A stretch of DNA of 64,000 nucleotides from an uncultured virus (IMG/VR IMGVR_UViG_2687453603_000006) (Duplodnaviria > Heunggongvirae > Uroviricota > Caudoviricetes). Position 1 is the first letter of the stretch; each line of letters begins with the position of its first letter. The notes below the pieces were generated by a model, which saw nothing but the letters and a program-made list of their open reading frames with translations, did not search any database and was not told the origin of the DNA. The stretch lies in the IMG/VR virus record IMGVR_UViG_2687453603_000006; one strand, written 5' to 3'. Both the position numbers and the translations under genes were made by a program. Below, piece by piece: positions 34,010 through 44,450 of this stretch.

Positions 34010-34642
34010 TGTTCCCGCCTCTCTTCTATATCAGCGGCATATGTGCTATCCAGGCAGCCGGTTTTACCAGTGTATTTTTTATACATGTCCCTGGTATATT
34101 TTGTTATATTCCTATCATACTCCGGATAGGCATAATGAAGCCTTTCCGCCACCTCACCGGATACCGCCCTGAACAATTGATGGCATAGAAATAATGCTTC
34201 CCATATGTTTTCATAGGAATCCATCCGGTAGGTGGACAAAAGTTTCTCCCACAAATCCTCGGATATATACCTTTCAATAAACTTATAGTTCTTGCCTACA
34301 CTTAATTTAAAGCCTGTTTCGATGCCGACCTTCCATGATATCATTCTCAGCAGCTCATGGCGAACAATCTGATTAAAATGATCAATAGCAAATAAAATTT
34401 CCTTACGGCACAATCCTTTAATAACATAAGGTGTTACATTCCAAAATTCATTGCAGCAATCATCATACTCCCTTGCGCTTGGCTTTCTTACATGATAATC
34501 TATATCAGTCGGAACTATGTCCCTTTTAATTCTACAATCTTTATCAATTAGAACCTTTATTAATTTATCGCCCTTTAGGTAATTATCTAACTCTTCCAAG
34601 GGCAATAAGGTAAGATCAATTTTATTGTAATCATCAAATAGC
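34006..34642 (-). pseudogene. aadE: 5'-truncated aminoglycoside nucleotidyltransferase ANT(6)-Ia
   Basis: LFDDYNKIDLTLLPLEELDNY...EERREQ; N-terminal part absent, junction to AT-rich DNA near 34642. Confidence 0.9.
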
Positions 34643-34756
34643 TATAATAGATTTAGAGGTAAAGAAATTAAATACATTGAAGAGCAGAAAGATTTTACAA
34701 AAGAGTATTTTAATAAAAATGATTTAAATAAAGAAAGATTCAACTCTCACAGATAG
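34643..34756 (+). pseudogene. 3' remnant of a + strand gene cut by the resistance insert
   Basis: Open frame YNRFRGKEIKY...FNSHR* begins at the junction with no start codon. Confidence 0.45.
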
Positions 34757-34855
34757 TCTCTCCTCTTTTATAATTTTTACTTAATTATATTATAATGCAA
34801 TTTTAGAATTTTTATATAGTTTTACAACTTATTTATTATACTAGCTATTAGTTTA

Positions 34856-35578
34856 TTAATTAATTTTTTCTATTTTAACTTTAGGATCGGTATTAGCATT
34901 TTCTATATCTTCTACACTTTTTGAAGTTGTCGCTTCATACTCATCTCCCTTTTTATGCCAATTGTAAATAGTTGTTTTCATTCTTACCTCATCATAATTT
35001 TTAGGCACATCATCCCAACGTAAAGAAGTTAGCCATTGATCAAAATCTACTTTAATATCAATCTTATCAAAGTTTAGCATTAAATCAGCTTGATTATATT
35101 CGTTACATTTGTTTTCAATTTCAACAATTGTTTTACCATTTTCGTCATATGCGTGTATCTCTGGCTTAGAATAATAATCTTTATTAATTTTACCTTCTCC
35201 ATACATAGAGTCCATTATTGCTGGCTTCAATTCATCTTCAATTTGTTTATATTTTGCTCTTTCTTGTTCTTCTTGTTGATTTTTCAATTCAATAGAATTC
35301 TCTTCTTCTTGAGTTAATTTTGACTCTTCTTCTGATGGATCATCTAATTCCTTATCGTGAATTTTATCCATTCTCTTATTATATTCTGCTACTTCAGAGT
35401 CAGATAAAGCTTCTACATCACTCGGAGTTAATTTTTTAACTTCATTATCAGACATTTCATTAATTTCTTTTATATTCCCACCAATTTCCATCGTACAACC
35501 TACAAATAATAAAGCAATAATAGTTATTATAGCTAATGTTACTAATCTCTTCTCTAAACTTTTTTTACTCTTATTCAA
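34856..35578 (-). CDS. Putative lipoprotein (moron-like)
   Basis: Basic N-terminus, hydrophobic helix, lipobox FVGC. Confidence 0.7.
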   Translation of the reverse strand: MNKSKKSLEKRLVTLAIITIIALLFVGCTMEIGGNIKEINEMSDNEVKKLTPSDVEALSDSEVAEYNKRMDKIHDKELDDPSEEESKLTQEEENSIELKNQQEEQERAKYKQIEDELKPAIMDSMYGEGKINKDYYSKPEIHAYDENGKTIVEIENKCNEYNQADLMLNFDKIDIKVDFDQWLTSLRWDDVPKNYDEVRMKTTIYNWHKKGDEYEATTSKSVEDIENANTDPKVKIEKIN

Positions 35579-35651
35579 TTTTTTCCTCCACTATAACTTA
35601 ATACTTATAGATTACCAAAACTATTTTACATTTTATAGTTAATTTTATAAA

Positions 35652-35681
35652 AACGCCTAGTAGTTAATTCTACTAAGCGTT
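35652..35681 (-). terminator. Stem-loop after metallophosphoesterase gene
   Basis: AACGCCTAGTAG..CTACTAAGCGTT inverted repeat with adjacent A-run. Confidence 0.55.
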
Positions 35682-35686
35682 ATCTT

Positions 35687-36487
35687 TTATATATTGATTA
35701 CTTTTAAAGCAATTGTCTCATTACTCAATTCACCTTTATAACCAATTGCATTGGTATAAAACGAACTGCCTATATCATAATCTCCTCTTTCATGCACATG
35801 ACCAAAAAAATTTATTGGAGCAATATGTTCGTCAACTTTGCATAAGAAACTTCCATTTGATCCATCATGTAAATGTAGTTTATGACTATAAGTCATTAAT
35901 AGTGGATAATGAGAAATAAACAAATCTGGTTTAAACTCTTTAATATCTTCATATGATTTCATATCCATACTGTTTAAGTCGTTTACTTTATTTGGGATAT
36001 ATCTACTATCATTCATAAAACCATTATAGAAACTAATCTCTTCTTCTGTATTAGGCTTACTCGTCATTGTACAACCAGCAATTCTTAAACCTTTGTATAT
36101 ATCAGTAACCTTGTTAACAGCACTATGTAATAATACTACACGCTCATTATCTGCCAACATATCATTTAATTCTATAATTCTATTTAAACTATTAGCCTTG
36201 TATCTTCTCATTTGTGTTTTACTAATTAAATAGTAATCATGATTTCCTAACACAACATATACTTTATTGAAATACTTTGAGAATACTTCAATAGTTAACT
36301 TACTAATACTATTGTGATGTGAAATATCTCCAGCAATCACTAAAATCTCAGCTTCTAAACATTCTTTTTCACTTTTAGAGAATATAGTATTAATAAATTC
36401 TTCTATCTTTTTTCTGTTTTTATGTTCGTTATTATTAAATTTTATCCAGCTATCAATATGTAAATCATTTAAATATGCTATTTTCAT
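35687..36487 (-). CDS. Calcineurin-like metallophosphoesterase
   Basis: DLH, GD, GNHD, SHY, GHVH. Confidence 0.88.
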   Translation of the reverse strand: MKIAYLNDLHIDSWIKFNNNEHKNRKKIEEFINTIFSKSEKECLEAEILVIAGDISHHNSISKLTIEVFSKYFNKVYVVLGNHDYYLISKTQMRRYKANSLNRIIELNDMLADNERVVLLHSAVNKVTDIYKGLRIAGCTMTSKPNTEEEISFYNGFMNDSRYIPNKVNDLNSMDMKSYEDIKEFKPDLFISHYPLLMTYSHKLHLHDGSNGSFLCKVDEHIAPINFFGHVHERGDYDIGSSFYTNAIGYKGELSNETIALKVINI

Positions 36488-36490
36488 ATT

Positions 36491-36985
36491 TTATTCGTTC
36501 TCCTGTATAAAATTTTCATTTAATATTTGTTTTAAATATTGCAATATATGTTTACTAATATATTTCTTGCTTTTATGTTTAACTTTAGGTATCGCTCGCT
36601 CTAATAATAATTCTATATTTGTATTAATATAATCAGTGGTATAACCAATAATAAGAAATTCTAATTCTCCTTTTGTTCCCAAAAAGTCCATGTATAATGG
36701 GTATTTGAATTCACTTATATGAACACGCTTGGTTACGTTTGTTACACGTACTTCTATCGTCTCTTTTTTGTAATTTTTAACGTTGATCGTTATCAAATGC
36801 TTAATGTATGTATGATTTTTATAAAAATCTTCTAAACTTTTAAAATGGTCTATTTTTCTATATTCTAATTCATATCCTTCATTAGTAACTGTTTCAGAAA
36901 TTTCTTTTGCAATTTTCTTACTGTCCACATATCCAAGAACTTCATTTCGTTCTTCCTCACTGTTTGATAACTCTATAAGATACAT
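36491..36985 (-). CDS. Hypothetical protein
   Basis: ORF with RBS. Confidence 0.65.
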   Translation of the reverse strand: MYLIELSNSEEERNEVLGYVDSKKIAKEISETVTNEGYELEYRKIDHFKSLEDFYKNHTYIKHLITINVKNYKKETIEVRVTNVTKRVHISEFKYPLYMDFLGTKGELEFLIIGYTTDYINTNIELLLERAIPKVKHKSKKYISKHILQYLKQILNENFIQENE

Positions 36986-37041
36986 AATTTCCTCCTTAAA
37001 TTAATAGGTATCAAGCCACAACTTGATACCCTTATTTTTAA

Positions 37042-37311
37042 TTACATGCGTTTTTTAGCGTAATCACTATATTTAATTGTCTTATCTAATGGATATTTTG
37101 CTTGAGAATAAAACATTATAGCTAAAGCAACAATTGGTGAAACCATAACTAGATGTTCATAATTAAATAAAAATCTGATTAAATCAATAATATTATCTAA
37201 AGCCATGACACTTAAAACTAATACTCCAGCGATCACAATAAATAAAGAGAACTTATAAAATAAACTTTCCTCATTCATAATTTTTGAAATAAACTTAATT
37301 ACCTTTTTCAT
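37042..37311 (-). CDS. Small membrane protein
   Basis: Two hydrophobic helices. Confidence 0.6.
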   Translation of the reverse strand: MKKVIKFISKIMNEESLFYKFSLFIVIAGVLVLSVMALDNIIDLIRFLFNYEHLVMVSPIVALAIMFYSQAKYPLDKTIKYSDYAKKRM

Positions 37312-37735
37312 CTTCTGCCACTACCTCTCCTAATCTATTAAATACGTTTTCTAGTGCTTTATAACGTGTTTGCAAATTGTCATATTTATTTTCTAAAGCC
37401 TTGATATATTCCTCTTGAAGCTTCATTCTCTTATCTTTTAAACTTTCTGTTGCTTGGTCTAATGTTTGAATAATAAAAGAAGACACATAAGTTATAAATA
37501 AATAAATTACTGTTACTGCAAAAACAATTTTTAAATAAGTGTCTAAATCATATAACCAAAAATTAACTATAAATATAATTGACGCAGTTATTACTGATAA
37601 AGCTAAAACTAAATATGTATCTCTTTTTCTATACTTAACTTCTTTATATTTTATTCTTTCAATAATTCTCATTAGTGATCCAGTAAACTCATAAGTAATA
37701 ATCACAATACTCAAAAACTCTAATATTTCTAACAA
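37295..37735 (-). CDS. Membrane protein with coiled-coil tail
   Basis: Three hydrophobic helices. Confidence 0.6.
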   Translation of the reverse strand: MLEILEFLSIVIITYEFTGSLMRIIERIKYKEVKYRKRDTYLVLALSVITASIIFIVNFWLYDLDTYLKIVFAVTVIYLFITYVSSFIIQTLDQATESLKDKRMKLQEEYIKALENKYDNLQTRYKALENVFNRLGEVVAEDEKGN

Positions 37736-37787
37736 TATTTAACCATCCTTTTATTATATGTTATTTCTTTCGTAAAGGATAAAGGCA

Positions 37788-38183
37788 TTATTTACAATGC
37801 CTTTTGATCCAATCTGCAATATCTTCAAGTGTAAGAGTTTTATCCTCTACCACTTTTAAAGTAAATTGTACCGCTTCGTCTTGAGTACAATTAAAATTAA
37901 TCTTATTTAACTTCAAGAAAATAACCATAGATGTAAAAGCTGTTCTCTTATTCGCATTAAAGAATGCATGTTTTTGAGCTATATTTCTGTATATAAAAGC
38001 CGCTTTTCTCTCGATTGTTTCATATAGTTCAACTCCACCAAATGATTGTTTAACTCCTTCAATAGTAGCATTAAGAACCTCTGGAACTTTAACACCAACT
38101 TGTTCTTTAGGTGAGAGTTCTTGAATTGCTTTTACATTAATGGCAATTACTTGTTTTTCAGTTAAATATTTAATGTTTTGCAT
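37788..38183 (-). CDS. doc: Death-on-curing (Fic/Doc) toxin
   Basis: HAFFNANKRTA Fic/Doc motif. Confidence 0.9.
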   Translation of the reverse strand: MQNIKYLTEKQVIAINVKAIQELSPKEQVGVKVPEVLNATIEGVKQSFGGVELYETIERKAAFIYRNIAQKHAFFNANKRTAFTSMVIFLKLNKINFNCTQDEAVQFTLKVVEDKTLTLEDIADWIKRHCK

Positions 38184-38413
38184 TATATGTCAACCAACTT
38201 TCTCAGAGCTTGGTTATACTCAGTGAATGTTTCATCCAACAATTTGAAAAACTCTTCGTCTTCGTTTACCTCCTTTTCAATGGTTACTTTATTATCTTCA
38301 ATATTAAATTTAAGATTGTCACCATTTGTAACTCCGAGTGCTGCGATCACTTCTGTTGGTACAGAAACAACTGAACTATTGCCAGCTCTTCTTAGTTTTC
38401 TTGTAGTAACCAT
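38183..38413 (-). CDS. AbrB/MazE-type antitoxin
   Basis: RKLRRAGNSSVVSVP swapped-hairpin motif; coupled to doc. Confidence 0.88.
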   Translation of the reverse strand: MVTTRKLRRAGNSSVVSVPTEVIAALGVTNGDNLKFNIEDNKVTIEKEVNEDEEFFKLLDETFTEYNQALRKLVDI

Positions 38414-38588
38414 TTGCAGACCTCCCTTAATTTTCCTTTTTTTATTCCTACTATTTTTCTAATTTTCCATTTACATATCAGTGTTCTATTCTTCATCCAG
38501 ATTCCTTTACTTTTCATGTTTCAGTCACATTAATATGCAAATGATTAACTACAAATATAAGTATACATGTATATACATATATACACAA

Positions 38589-39110
38589 CTATTTTCTTAG
38601 AATTTTTTCTATAAATTCGATCAACTCATCAAAACTAATTGCAATTTTACCAGTAAAATCATAATCAACGTTGATATGATAACCTGTTTCCATAAAGTCA
38701 GAATGAATATGACCATGAATATTATATAAATTTTTTCTTCCAATTAAAGTTGGATAGTGGCTTAAATAATATCTAACTCCATCACGTTTAATCATATCTG
38801 CATACTTAACGGTAATACCTTCTTGTTCAAACAACTTAATCATTTTTCTATGATCGTGATTACCAGCAATCAAAATCATCTTTTTATAATTTAATTGCTT
38901 TAATATTCTCTTAACATCTTTTGGTTTCATATTAAAAAAGAAATCTCCAATATTATAAACTATATCGTCTTTAGTGATTGTTTCATTCCATAGCTTAATT
39001 AAACCTTCATTCATCTCTTCAACTGAATTCCAATACTTTCCTCGTGTCTCTTTTTCATATTCCAAAATATTTGAGTGACCAAAATGTAAATCTCCTACAA
39101 AGTAAATCAT
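38589..39110 (-). CDS. Metallophosphoesterase
   Basis: GDLHFGH, GDF, GNHD, SHYP, HGHIH. Confidence 0.88.
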   Translation of the reverse strand: MIYFVGDLHFGHSNILEYEKETRGKYWNSVEEMNEGLIKLWNETITKDDIVYNIGDFFFNMKPKDVKRILKQLNYKKMILIAGNHDHRKMIKLFEQEGITVKYADMIKRDGVRYYLSHYPTLIGRKNLYNIHGHIHSDFMETGYHINVDYDFTGKIAISFDELIEFIEKILRK

Positions 39111-39793
39111 TATTTATCCTCACTTTCTTTTGGAAATTTGTAAGGGTTTGAAATAAACTTACTATTTATTTCTTTCAGTTCTTCTTCTCTTATATTTAAA
39201 TCGGTGTATAAATAATCACTTATGTAACCTAGTAATTTTCCAATAGTCTCACTAAATTTATTAGTGTAGTTATTAGAATTGATATGTATATTTCCTTCAT
39301 TGTTTAATACTGAATTCTTACTTAGAGGTTCAAAATCTATCAAAGTATTTCCAGCATTTAGATAACAAATCTCAATTTTCGGTTTGTTAGTATCATAATA
39401 AGCAGAAAAAATTAATGAATAACCATTGTGAGAAATTACTTTTCCTTTAGAATTTGTTTTATTATAGAATTCTTTATCATTTAATTCCTTAATCTTATTC
39501 ATCAATGTCTTTAATGGTTTTTGTTGTTCTTCTTCATACTGTAATTTCGATGTAACATATTTTTCCAAGCGTGCTGCACACTTATCAAAGCTCACTTTAC
39601 TTCTAGCAGAAGTAAATAACCTACGCTTTTTATTAAATAAATCTATTGTGTAATTAACTTCTATATGATCCTCTTGACATCTTCTCAATTCACTTTCTTG
39701 GACAACAAAACCTTGCTCAATTAATTTTAGTGTTTCTTTTCCATAATTTATTTTCTCCATTATCCAACCAACTCTCCCACTATTTTTTCGCAC
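39110..39793 (-). CDS. Hypothetical protein
   Basis: ORF in operon. Confidence 0.65.
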   Translation of the reverse strand: MRKNSGRVGWIMEKINYGKETLKLIEQGFVVQESELRRCQEDHIEVNYTIDLFNKKRRLFTSARSKVSFDKCAARLEKYVTSKLQYEEEQQKPLKTLMNKIKELNDKEFYNKTNSKGKVISHNGYSLIFSAYYDTNKPKIEICYLNAGNTLIDFEPLSKNSVLNNEGNIHINSNNYTNKFSETIGKLLGYISDYLYTDLNIREEELKEINSKFISNPYKFPKESEDK

Positions 39794-40098
39794 TTACTTT
39801 CAATCAATGGTCTAACTTCATTCTCTTCTGAGTCGGCTAACTCTATTGGAATTTGATCAAATAAATCGTAAATTTTTCTAATTAATGATAACTCTTTTGA
39901 GTCATCTTCATATTGTTCAAAGTAGAGGATAGCTTCTAACGTTCTATCTTCTTCTAATAGTGTATAACTAGGTTCAAATTCACCATGTTTGAATATACCT
40001 CTAACCTTACTAAAAGAAATTATATATCCGTTTTCCTTAGTAAAAACATAATTAATTTTAGTTAAACGATTACTCATCATTTCCAACCTCCAACTCAA
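39760..40098 (-). CDS. Hypothetical protein
   Basis: ORF in operon. Confidence 0.6.
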   Translation of the reverse strand: MSWRLEMMSNRLTKINYVFTKENGYIISFSKVRGIFKHGEFEPSYTLLEEDRTLEAILYFEQYEDDSKELSLIRKIYDLFDQIPIELADSEENEVRPLIESKCEKIVGELVG

Positions 40099-40798
40099 TT
40101 AATGGTAATTCAATATCTCTATAAACTGCCCCAACATCGCATAACAACACATCATTATGCTCTTCAACTGTTCCTGTGATCGTTGGTGTGTGTCCACATA
40201 CATGAATATATCCGTCATTTCTTTCCGCAAAATCTCTTGACCACAACAACTCATTAACTGTTTGCTTTCTCACATCTTTATAATGAATGCCACCAGAATG
40301 AGTAAATATGTATTTTCCTTCTCGATGATATAATTTTGAATTACACATAAGGATATCAAATTTTCTATACTCTTCTGTTTTCTTCAAAGCTTTTACTTCT
40401 TCTACAAACTTTTTAAAGTATTCTGTATAAAACATTTGATTATCTTCTTCAAAAGACTTGAGCGGTTTCGTATCTATTTGATAGGCTTCAAGTGTTTCAA
40501 TACAGTATCTTGCAAACCACTCGACACCATATATATCTAGAGTTTCAATACTTCTCATTGACTCCCAGAAAGCCATATCATGATTACCTAATAAAGTAAT
40601 AATATTGTCGTCATTAGATTTCAAATTAAATATATAATTAATTACTCTATTCGACTGTTTACCACGATCAATGTAATCTCCTAAAAAAATAATTAAGTCA
40701 TCATTAGTACGTTTATCCAATATCTTGTCCATCAACCTAAGTAATTTATCATATTCCCCGTGAATATCTGGAACTACAAATACTTTTCTAGTCATCAA
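40070..40798 (-). CDS. Ser/Thr protein phosphatase-like metallophosphoesterase
   Basis: PDIHG, GDYIDRG, GNHD, THSG, GHTP. Confidence 0.88.
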   Translation of the reverse strand: MMTRKVFVVPDIHGEYDKLLRLMDKILDKRTNDDLIIFLGDYIDRGKQSNRVINYIFNLKSNDDNIITLLGNHDMAFWESMRSIETLDIYGVEWFARYCIETLEAYQIDTKPLKSFEEDNQMFYTEYFKKFVEEVKALKKTEEYRKFDILMCNSKLYHREGKYIFTHSGGIHYKDVRKQTVNELLWSRDFAERNDGYIHVCGHTPTITGTVEEHNDVLLCDVGAVYRDIELPLIELEVGNDE

Positions 40799-41016
40799 TA
40801 CTTCACTCCTGTCGCAAAGTATTCTTCAAATTCATCTTTATCTGTAACTTCTTTAACATCATTATATTTTAAAATTTGAGCAATTCTTCTAGAAGCGTCT
40901 TCTAAATCTAACGTTAAGTCATTATAAATACCATGTTGATGAAACTCTTTCATTCTTTTCCATAGCATATCGCTTACCATCTTTAATGAAACGCCACCAT
41001 TTGTTAATTCAGCCAT
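40795..41016 (-). CDS. Hypothetical protein
   Basis: ORF with RBS. Confidence 0.6.
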   Translation of the reverse strand: MAELTNGGVSLKMVSDMLWKRMKEFHQHGIYNDLTLDLEDASRRIAQILKYNDVKEVTDKDEFEEYFATGVKY

Positions 41017-41035
41017 GTTATTTCTCCTCTCTTAT

Positions 41036-41221
41036 TTACATTCCTACGTGATATTCTCCTTCATGTACTAATACTGAAATCTTTTCATCTGAATATGTAT
41101 TAAGGTAATCAATCAGTTGTTGTAATTCTGTCTCTCCAGTGATTTTTGTTACCTGTCTTATTACTTCAGCAAACGTTTTATAATCAAATTCTATGTTAAA
41201 TGCATTACTCATTATCTTCAT
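41036..41221 (-). CDS. Hypothetical protein
   Basis: ORF in operon. Confidence 0.55.
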   Translation of the reverse strand: MKIMSNAFNIEFDYKTFAEVIRQVTKITGETELQQLIDYLNTYSDEKISVLVHEGEYHVGM

Positions 41222-41747
41222 ACCCTTTCGTTAATGCTTTATTATGAGCTTGCACTTCAACCTTGATTAAATTACCTGTTGTGATTAAATTTTGAATTAA
41301 GTATGAAAACTGATCAATTTCAGATTGAGTGAATTCAATTTGATATGTATTACTATTTTTACAACCGAAGAAAATTTCTCCACGATTATGTTTATTAGTT
41401 GGACGTGTTGATAAATTTAAATAACCTTTATACTTAGGTAAACATCCTAAAATTAAGTAATATTTTTTCTCTTCTTTTCTTTCTTCAATAGGAGTTTTTG
41501 AATATGAAAGAAGTGCTTCTGTTAATAAATTTTTCTTATCAATACTTAAATCATCAAAATCTATATAATTCGTACTAAATTTAAAAACATCTGTTTTACT
41601 TACAACGCCATAAACTTCATTTTCATCTTCATTTGTAATATAAAGCTGTTCTTTTCTACCTGATGAATAATAAGGATATATCACATTTTCTTCTACTAAA
41701 TATAAATTTATTTCTTTTAATTTCTCTTTAAATTCTGTTGTTTTCAT
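41205..41747 (-). CDS. Hypothetical phage protein
   Basis: YSKTPIEER.EEKKYY and FTQSEI patterns common in Firmicute phage proteins. Confidence 0.65.
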   Translation of the reverse strand: MKTTEFKEKLKEINLYLVEENVIYPYYSSGRKEQLYITNEDENEVYGVVSKTDVFKFSTNYIDFDDLSIDKKNLLTEALLSYSKTPIEERKEEKKYYLILGCLPKYKGYLNLSTRPTNKHNRGEIFFGCKNSNTYQIEFTQSEIDQFSYLIQNLITTGNLIKVEVQAHNKALTKGYEDNE

Positions 41748-41761
41748 TTTTCTCTCCTATT

Positions 41762-42034
41762 TTATAAAAGTCTTCTGTTTCCTAATGAAGCTAAAATATT
41801 TAACGCTTCACGTTTTAATTGCATTTCTCTTTCAATCTCTAGTGCTTTAAGTTCTTCATATGTATGTTCTCTTTCAAAACCAATAATAAATTTTCTACCA
41901 TTGGTTTCATGGCAGCGATAATCTAAAACATTATCTCCATTATATTTAAGTATTTCGTCAACTATTTGATTGATGACTGTATCATCCAATTTAGCGTAGT
42001 CAATTATAAATTTATGGTCTTCGATTATTTTCAT
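41762..42034 (-). CDS. Hypothetical protein
   Basis: ORF with RBS. Confidence 0.6.
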   Translation of the reverse strand: MKIIEDHKFIIDYAKLDDTVINQIVDEILKYNGDNVLDYRCHETNGRKFIIGFEREHTYEELKALEIEREMQLKREALNILASLGNRRLL

Positions 42035-42059
42035 ATTTTATTCCCTCTCAAGATAAAAT

Positions 42060-42215
42060 TCAGATTTTATTCAAATGTAAGTGATCTGTTTTCACAAAAT
42101 CGACTGGAATTTCGACTTCATCATTTGCTTCTAGGTACACTAATAAACTTTCTACTGCTTTCTTTACTAATGCTAATGCGGTTACAAACATAACTAGTTT
42201 AATTAAATTCTTCAT
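42060..42215 (-). CDS. RinB-like small protein (51 aa), not in ORF track
   Basis: MKNLIKLVMFVTALALVKKAVESLLVYLEANDEVEIPVDF...; ANDEVE.P.DF resembles staphylococcal phage RinB. Confidence 0.6.
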   Translation of the reverse strand: MKNLIKLVMFVTALALVKKAVESLLVYLEANDEVEIPVDFVKTDHLHLNKI

Positions 42216-42496
42216 AATTGTTTTTCTCTCATTTCTTTATAAAATTTATCTACATCAATACTAAAATCTTCTTCAATTTTTTTAATAATATCCAAAGCAT
42301 TTTGATCTACTTGTTCTTTTAACATTCTTCATGCGTCATACATCATATTAGTATCACTATATTCATCAATCATGGTGAAGAAATCTTCTGATTTCATAAA
42401 TATACTTTCTTGATCATCATCAGAAAATGGAGTAAAATCTGACGTAATTTGACAAGCGTCTTGTGATTGATACCAAAAGTCTACATCATAAGCCAT
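42212..42496 (-). pseudogene. Phage gene with in-frame TGA at 42329-42331
   Basis: MAYDVDFWYQ...YDA*RMLKEQ...; frame continues to a stop coupled to the next gene. Confidence 0.55.
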
Positions 42497-42511
42497 ACAA
42501 TTTCTCCTTCA

Positions 42512-42697
42512 CTATTTTAATCTGCCATTCTCTACATCTAACATTGTTTCTCTGAGCATTAATGCTGCTCTTTGAATTCTCGCTTTCGATACTCTTTCGT
42601 AAGAATAAGATAAATTAGGTTGTACTTCTTTTCTTTTTTCTAATAATCTTAAATACTCTTTCGTTAACATAATTAAAATATCTATTGGTTGTTGCAT
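42512..42697 (-). CDS. Hypothetical protein
   Basis: ORF with RBS. Confidence 0.6.
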   Translation of the reverse strand: MQQPIDILIMLTKEYLRLLEKRKEVQPNLSYSYERVSKARIQRAALMLRETMLDVENGRLK

Positions 42698-42874
42698 TTT
42701 ACTTCCTCCTCAAGTCTATCCTCATAAATTTTTATTACTTTATTAATCTGCACAACCGCTTTATTAAGCTTTATGATTTCTTCAGTATTCATATAAGGTT
42801 TCGTCATACTAATGAAATCAACTGAAGCGTCTAAATTCGATAATATTTTGTCGATTTCCATAACCTATATCTCT

Positions 42875-43375
42875 CTAATTATTTTCGTATTTCTCTTTTA
42901 GCTCTAAATATCTTTTATACTCTAATTCCTTTTGATATTTCTCTTCAACTTCTTTATATTTATTATGTTTGAAATCTTCATATTCTTTTAAAGCTTCTTG
43001 ATCAATAAAAGGTAATTTCTCTTTTGTGAAGCTTCCTTCAAATCTGATTTCATCTCTAATAAATTTATGTATAAAGTCTTCTTCACTTAAATATGCTCTC
43101 TGCATAGCGTCAATATCTAATAAATCGCATTCTTCTTTCATATATTCATCTACACCTAAGCAATAAGTAACTATCTTCTTACTCTTTGTTACTAAAATAA
43201 TTGCTGGTAAACCTAATTCAGTATTCACACTTAACGCTGCATAAAAGATGTGATCAATTGTTTCTCCTTCAATATTTGAAATTAGTGGTTCATATGTATA
43301 TTCTGGTTTAAATACTTTATTTTCCAACTCTTTTTGAATTTGATATGCTGACTTCATATTAATTCTCTCCCTCAT
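42875..43375 (-). CDS. Hypothetical protein
   Basis: ORF in operon. Confidence 0.65.
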   Translation of the reverse strand: MRERINMKSAYQIQKELENKVFKPEYTYEPLISNIEGETIDHIFYAALSVNTELGLPAIILVTKSKKIVTYCLGVDEYMKEECDLLDIDAMQRAYLSEEDFIHKFIRDEIRFEGSFTKEKLPFIDQEALKEYEDFKHNKYKEVEEKYQKELEYKRYLELKEKYENN

Positions 43376-43559
43376 ATTTTCTTGTATTCCAAGCTTTTAC
43401 TAACTTACTTACTCTATCAGTGTCCATGTAAAGAAAAGTAGATGGTTGTAACTTACATTTGCTATTTGAACACTCGATCAAAGCTTTCTTAAAAGAGTAA
43501 CGTATTCGTGCTTCTCCGTTACAAAATGGACATGGTTTTAATAACATTTGTTTCAACAC
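43359..43559 (-). CDS. Lar-family restriction-alleviation-like zinc finger protein
   Basis: LKPCPFCNGEA...C...C...AWNTR. Confidence 0.75.
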   Translation of the reverse strand: MLKQMLLKPCPFCNGEARIRYSFKKALIECSNSKCKLQPSTFLYMDTDRVSKLVKAWNTRKYEGEN

Positions 43560-43759
43560 TCCAATTCATTCAGTATGCTTTGACTAAGAACTTTACTCCC
43601 TACTGCAAAACGATAATCTTTTCTTATATTTTCATTCTTATTCAAAAGGTAAATTTCAAACGGGTTAACCTTCAAGTTAGATACTTCTCCAAACACGTTA
43701 TCCATATCAAATTGTTTATTTTGATTTAATTCATTTACTTTCATACATAACTTCTCCAA
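43553..43759 (-). CDS. Hypothetical protein
   Basis: ORF in operon. Confidence 0.5.
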   Translation of the reverse strand: MEKLCMKVNELNQNKQFDMDNVFGEVSNLKVNPFEIYLLNKNENIRKDYRFAVGSKVLSQSILNELEC

Positions 43760-44010
43760 CTAGAATTGACTAAAAGTCTTGTTTCAACTCTTAAAATTAA
43801 ATTCTTTAATTCAGTCAAAGTTTCAAACTTTTGTATGTCCGTCAGTTCTTCATCTTCTACTAAATTTTTCAATAGTTTGCAGCTTGTTTTATAATTCGAA
43901 GAACTGTTCTCAAGCTCTTCAGTCAAGAAACTATCTACTATATCTAAAGCTTTTTTATATGCTGCCACTAAGTTATTCCTCCTCAAAACCTTTCGTTTCA
44001 ATCTCAACAC
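43741..44010 (-). CDS. Hypothetical protein
   Basis: ORF in operon; start uncertain. Confidence 0.45.
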   Translation of the reverse strand: MLRLKRKVLRRNNLVAAYKKALDIVDSFLTEELENSSSNYKTSCKLLKNLVEDEELTDIQKFETLTELKNLILRVETRLLVNSSWRSYV

Positions 44011-44239
44011 TTTTTAAAAACTTATCTATTTGTTCTCTGATTTCTTTTCCACTAAGGTTATTAGGTTCATGTAATGTATGTGCCTTAACAATATTTAATT
44101 CAAATATTACACTAACAAATAAATCTGTTAACTCTTTTATCTTTTTACAAGCTTCATTATCTAAATTTGTTTCTCGATGAAATCTAATACCTTTTGTTAA
44201 AATATCTTTCGTCATATTAACGTCTAGTTTAATTTCCAT
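43973..44239 (-). CDS. Hypothetical protein
   Basis: ORF in operon. Confidence 0.6.
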   Translation of the reverse strand: MEIKLDVNMTKDILTKGIRFHRETNLDNEACKKIKELTDLFVSVIFELNIVKAHTLHEPNNLSGKEIREQIDKFLKSVEIETKGFEEE

Positions 44240-44432
44240 TTTTACTCTCCCTTATATATTGTTCTAATTGCTCTTCCAAACCTTCCATCTGTTGCATGAT
44301 CCCACACCATGCGTCCAATTCAGTTAAAGCATAATCATCTAAACCACTAATATTATCAGCTTTTTCGTAATCTCTAATCTGCATAGACAAACCATTTCTC
44401 AAGCTCATCCACATCTGTTTGTAATTTTTCAT
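44229..44432 (-). CDS. Hypothetical protein
   Basis: ORF with RBS. Confidence 0.6.
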   Translation of the reverse strand: MKNYKQMWMSLRNGLSMQIRDYEKADNISGLDDYALTELDAWCGIMQQMEGLEEQLEQYIRESKNGN

Positions 44433-44450
44433 TTTATAACCTCTCTCTTT

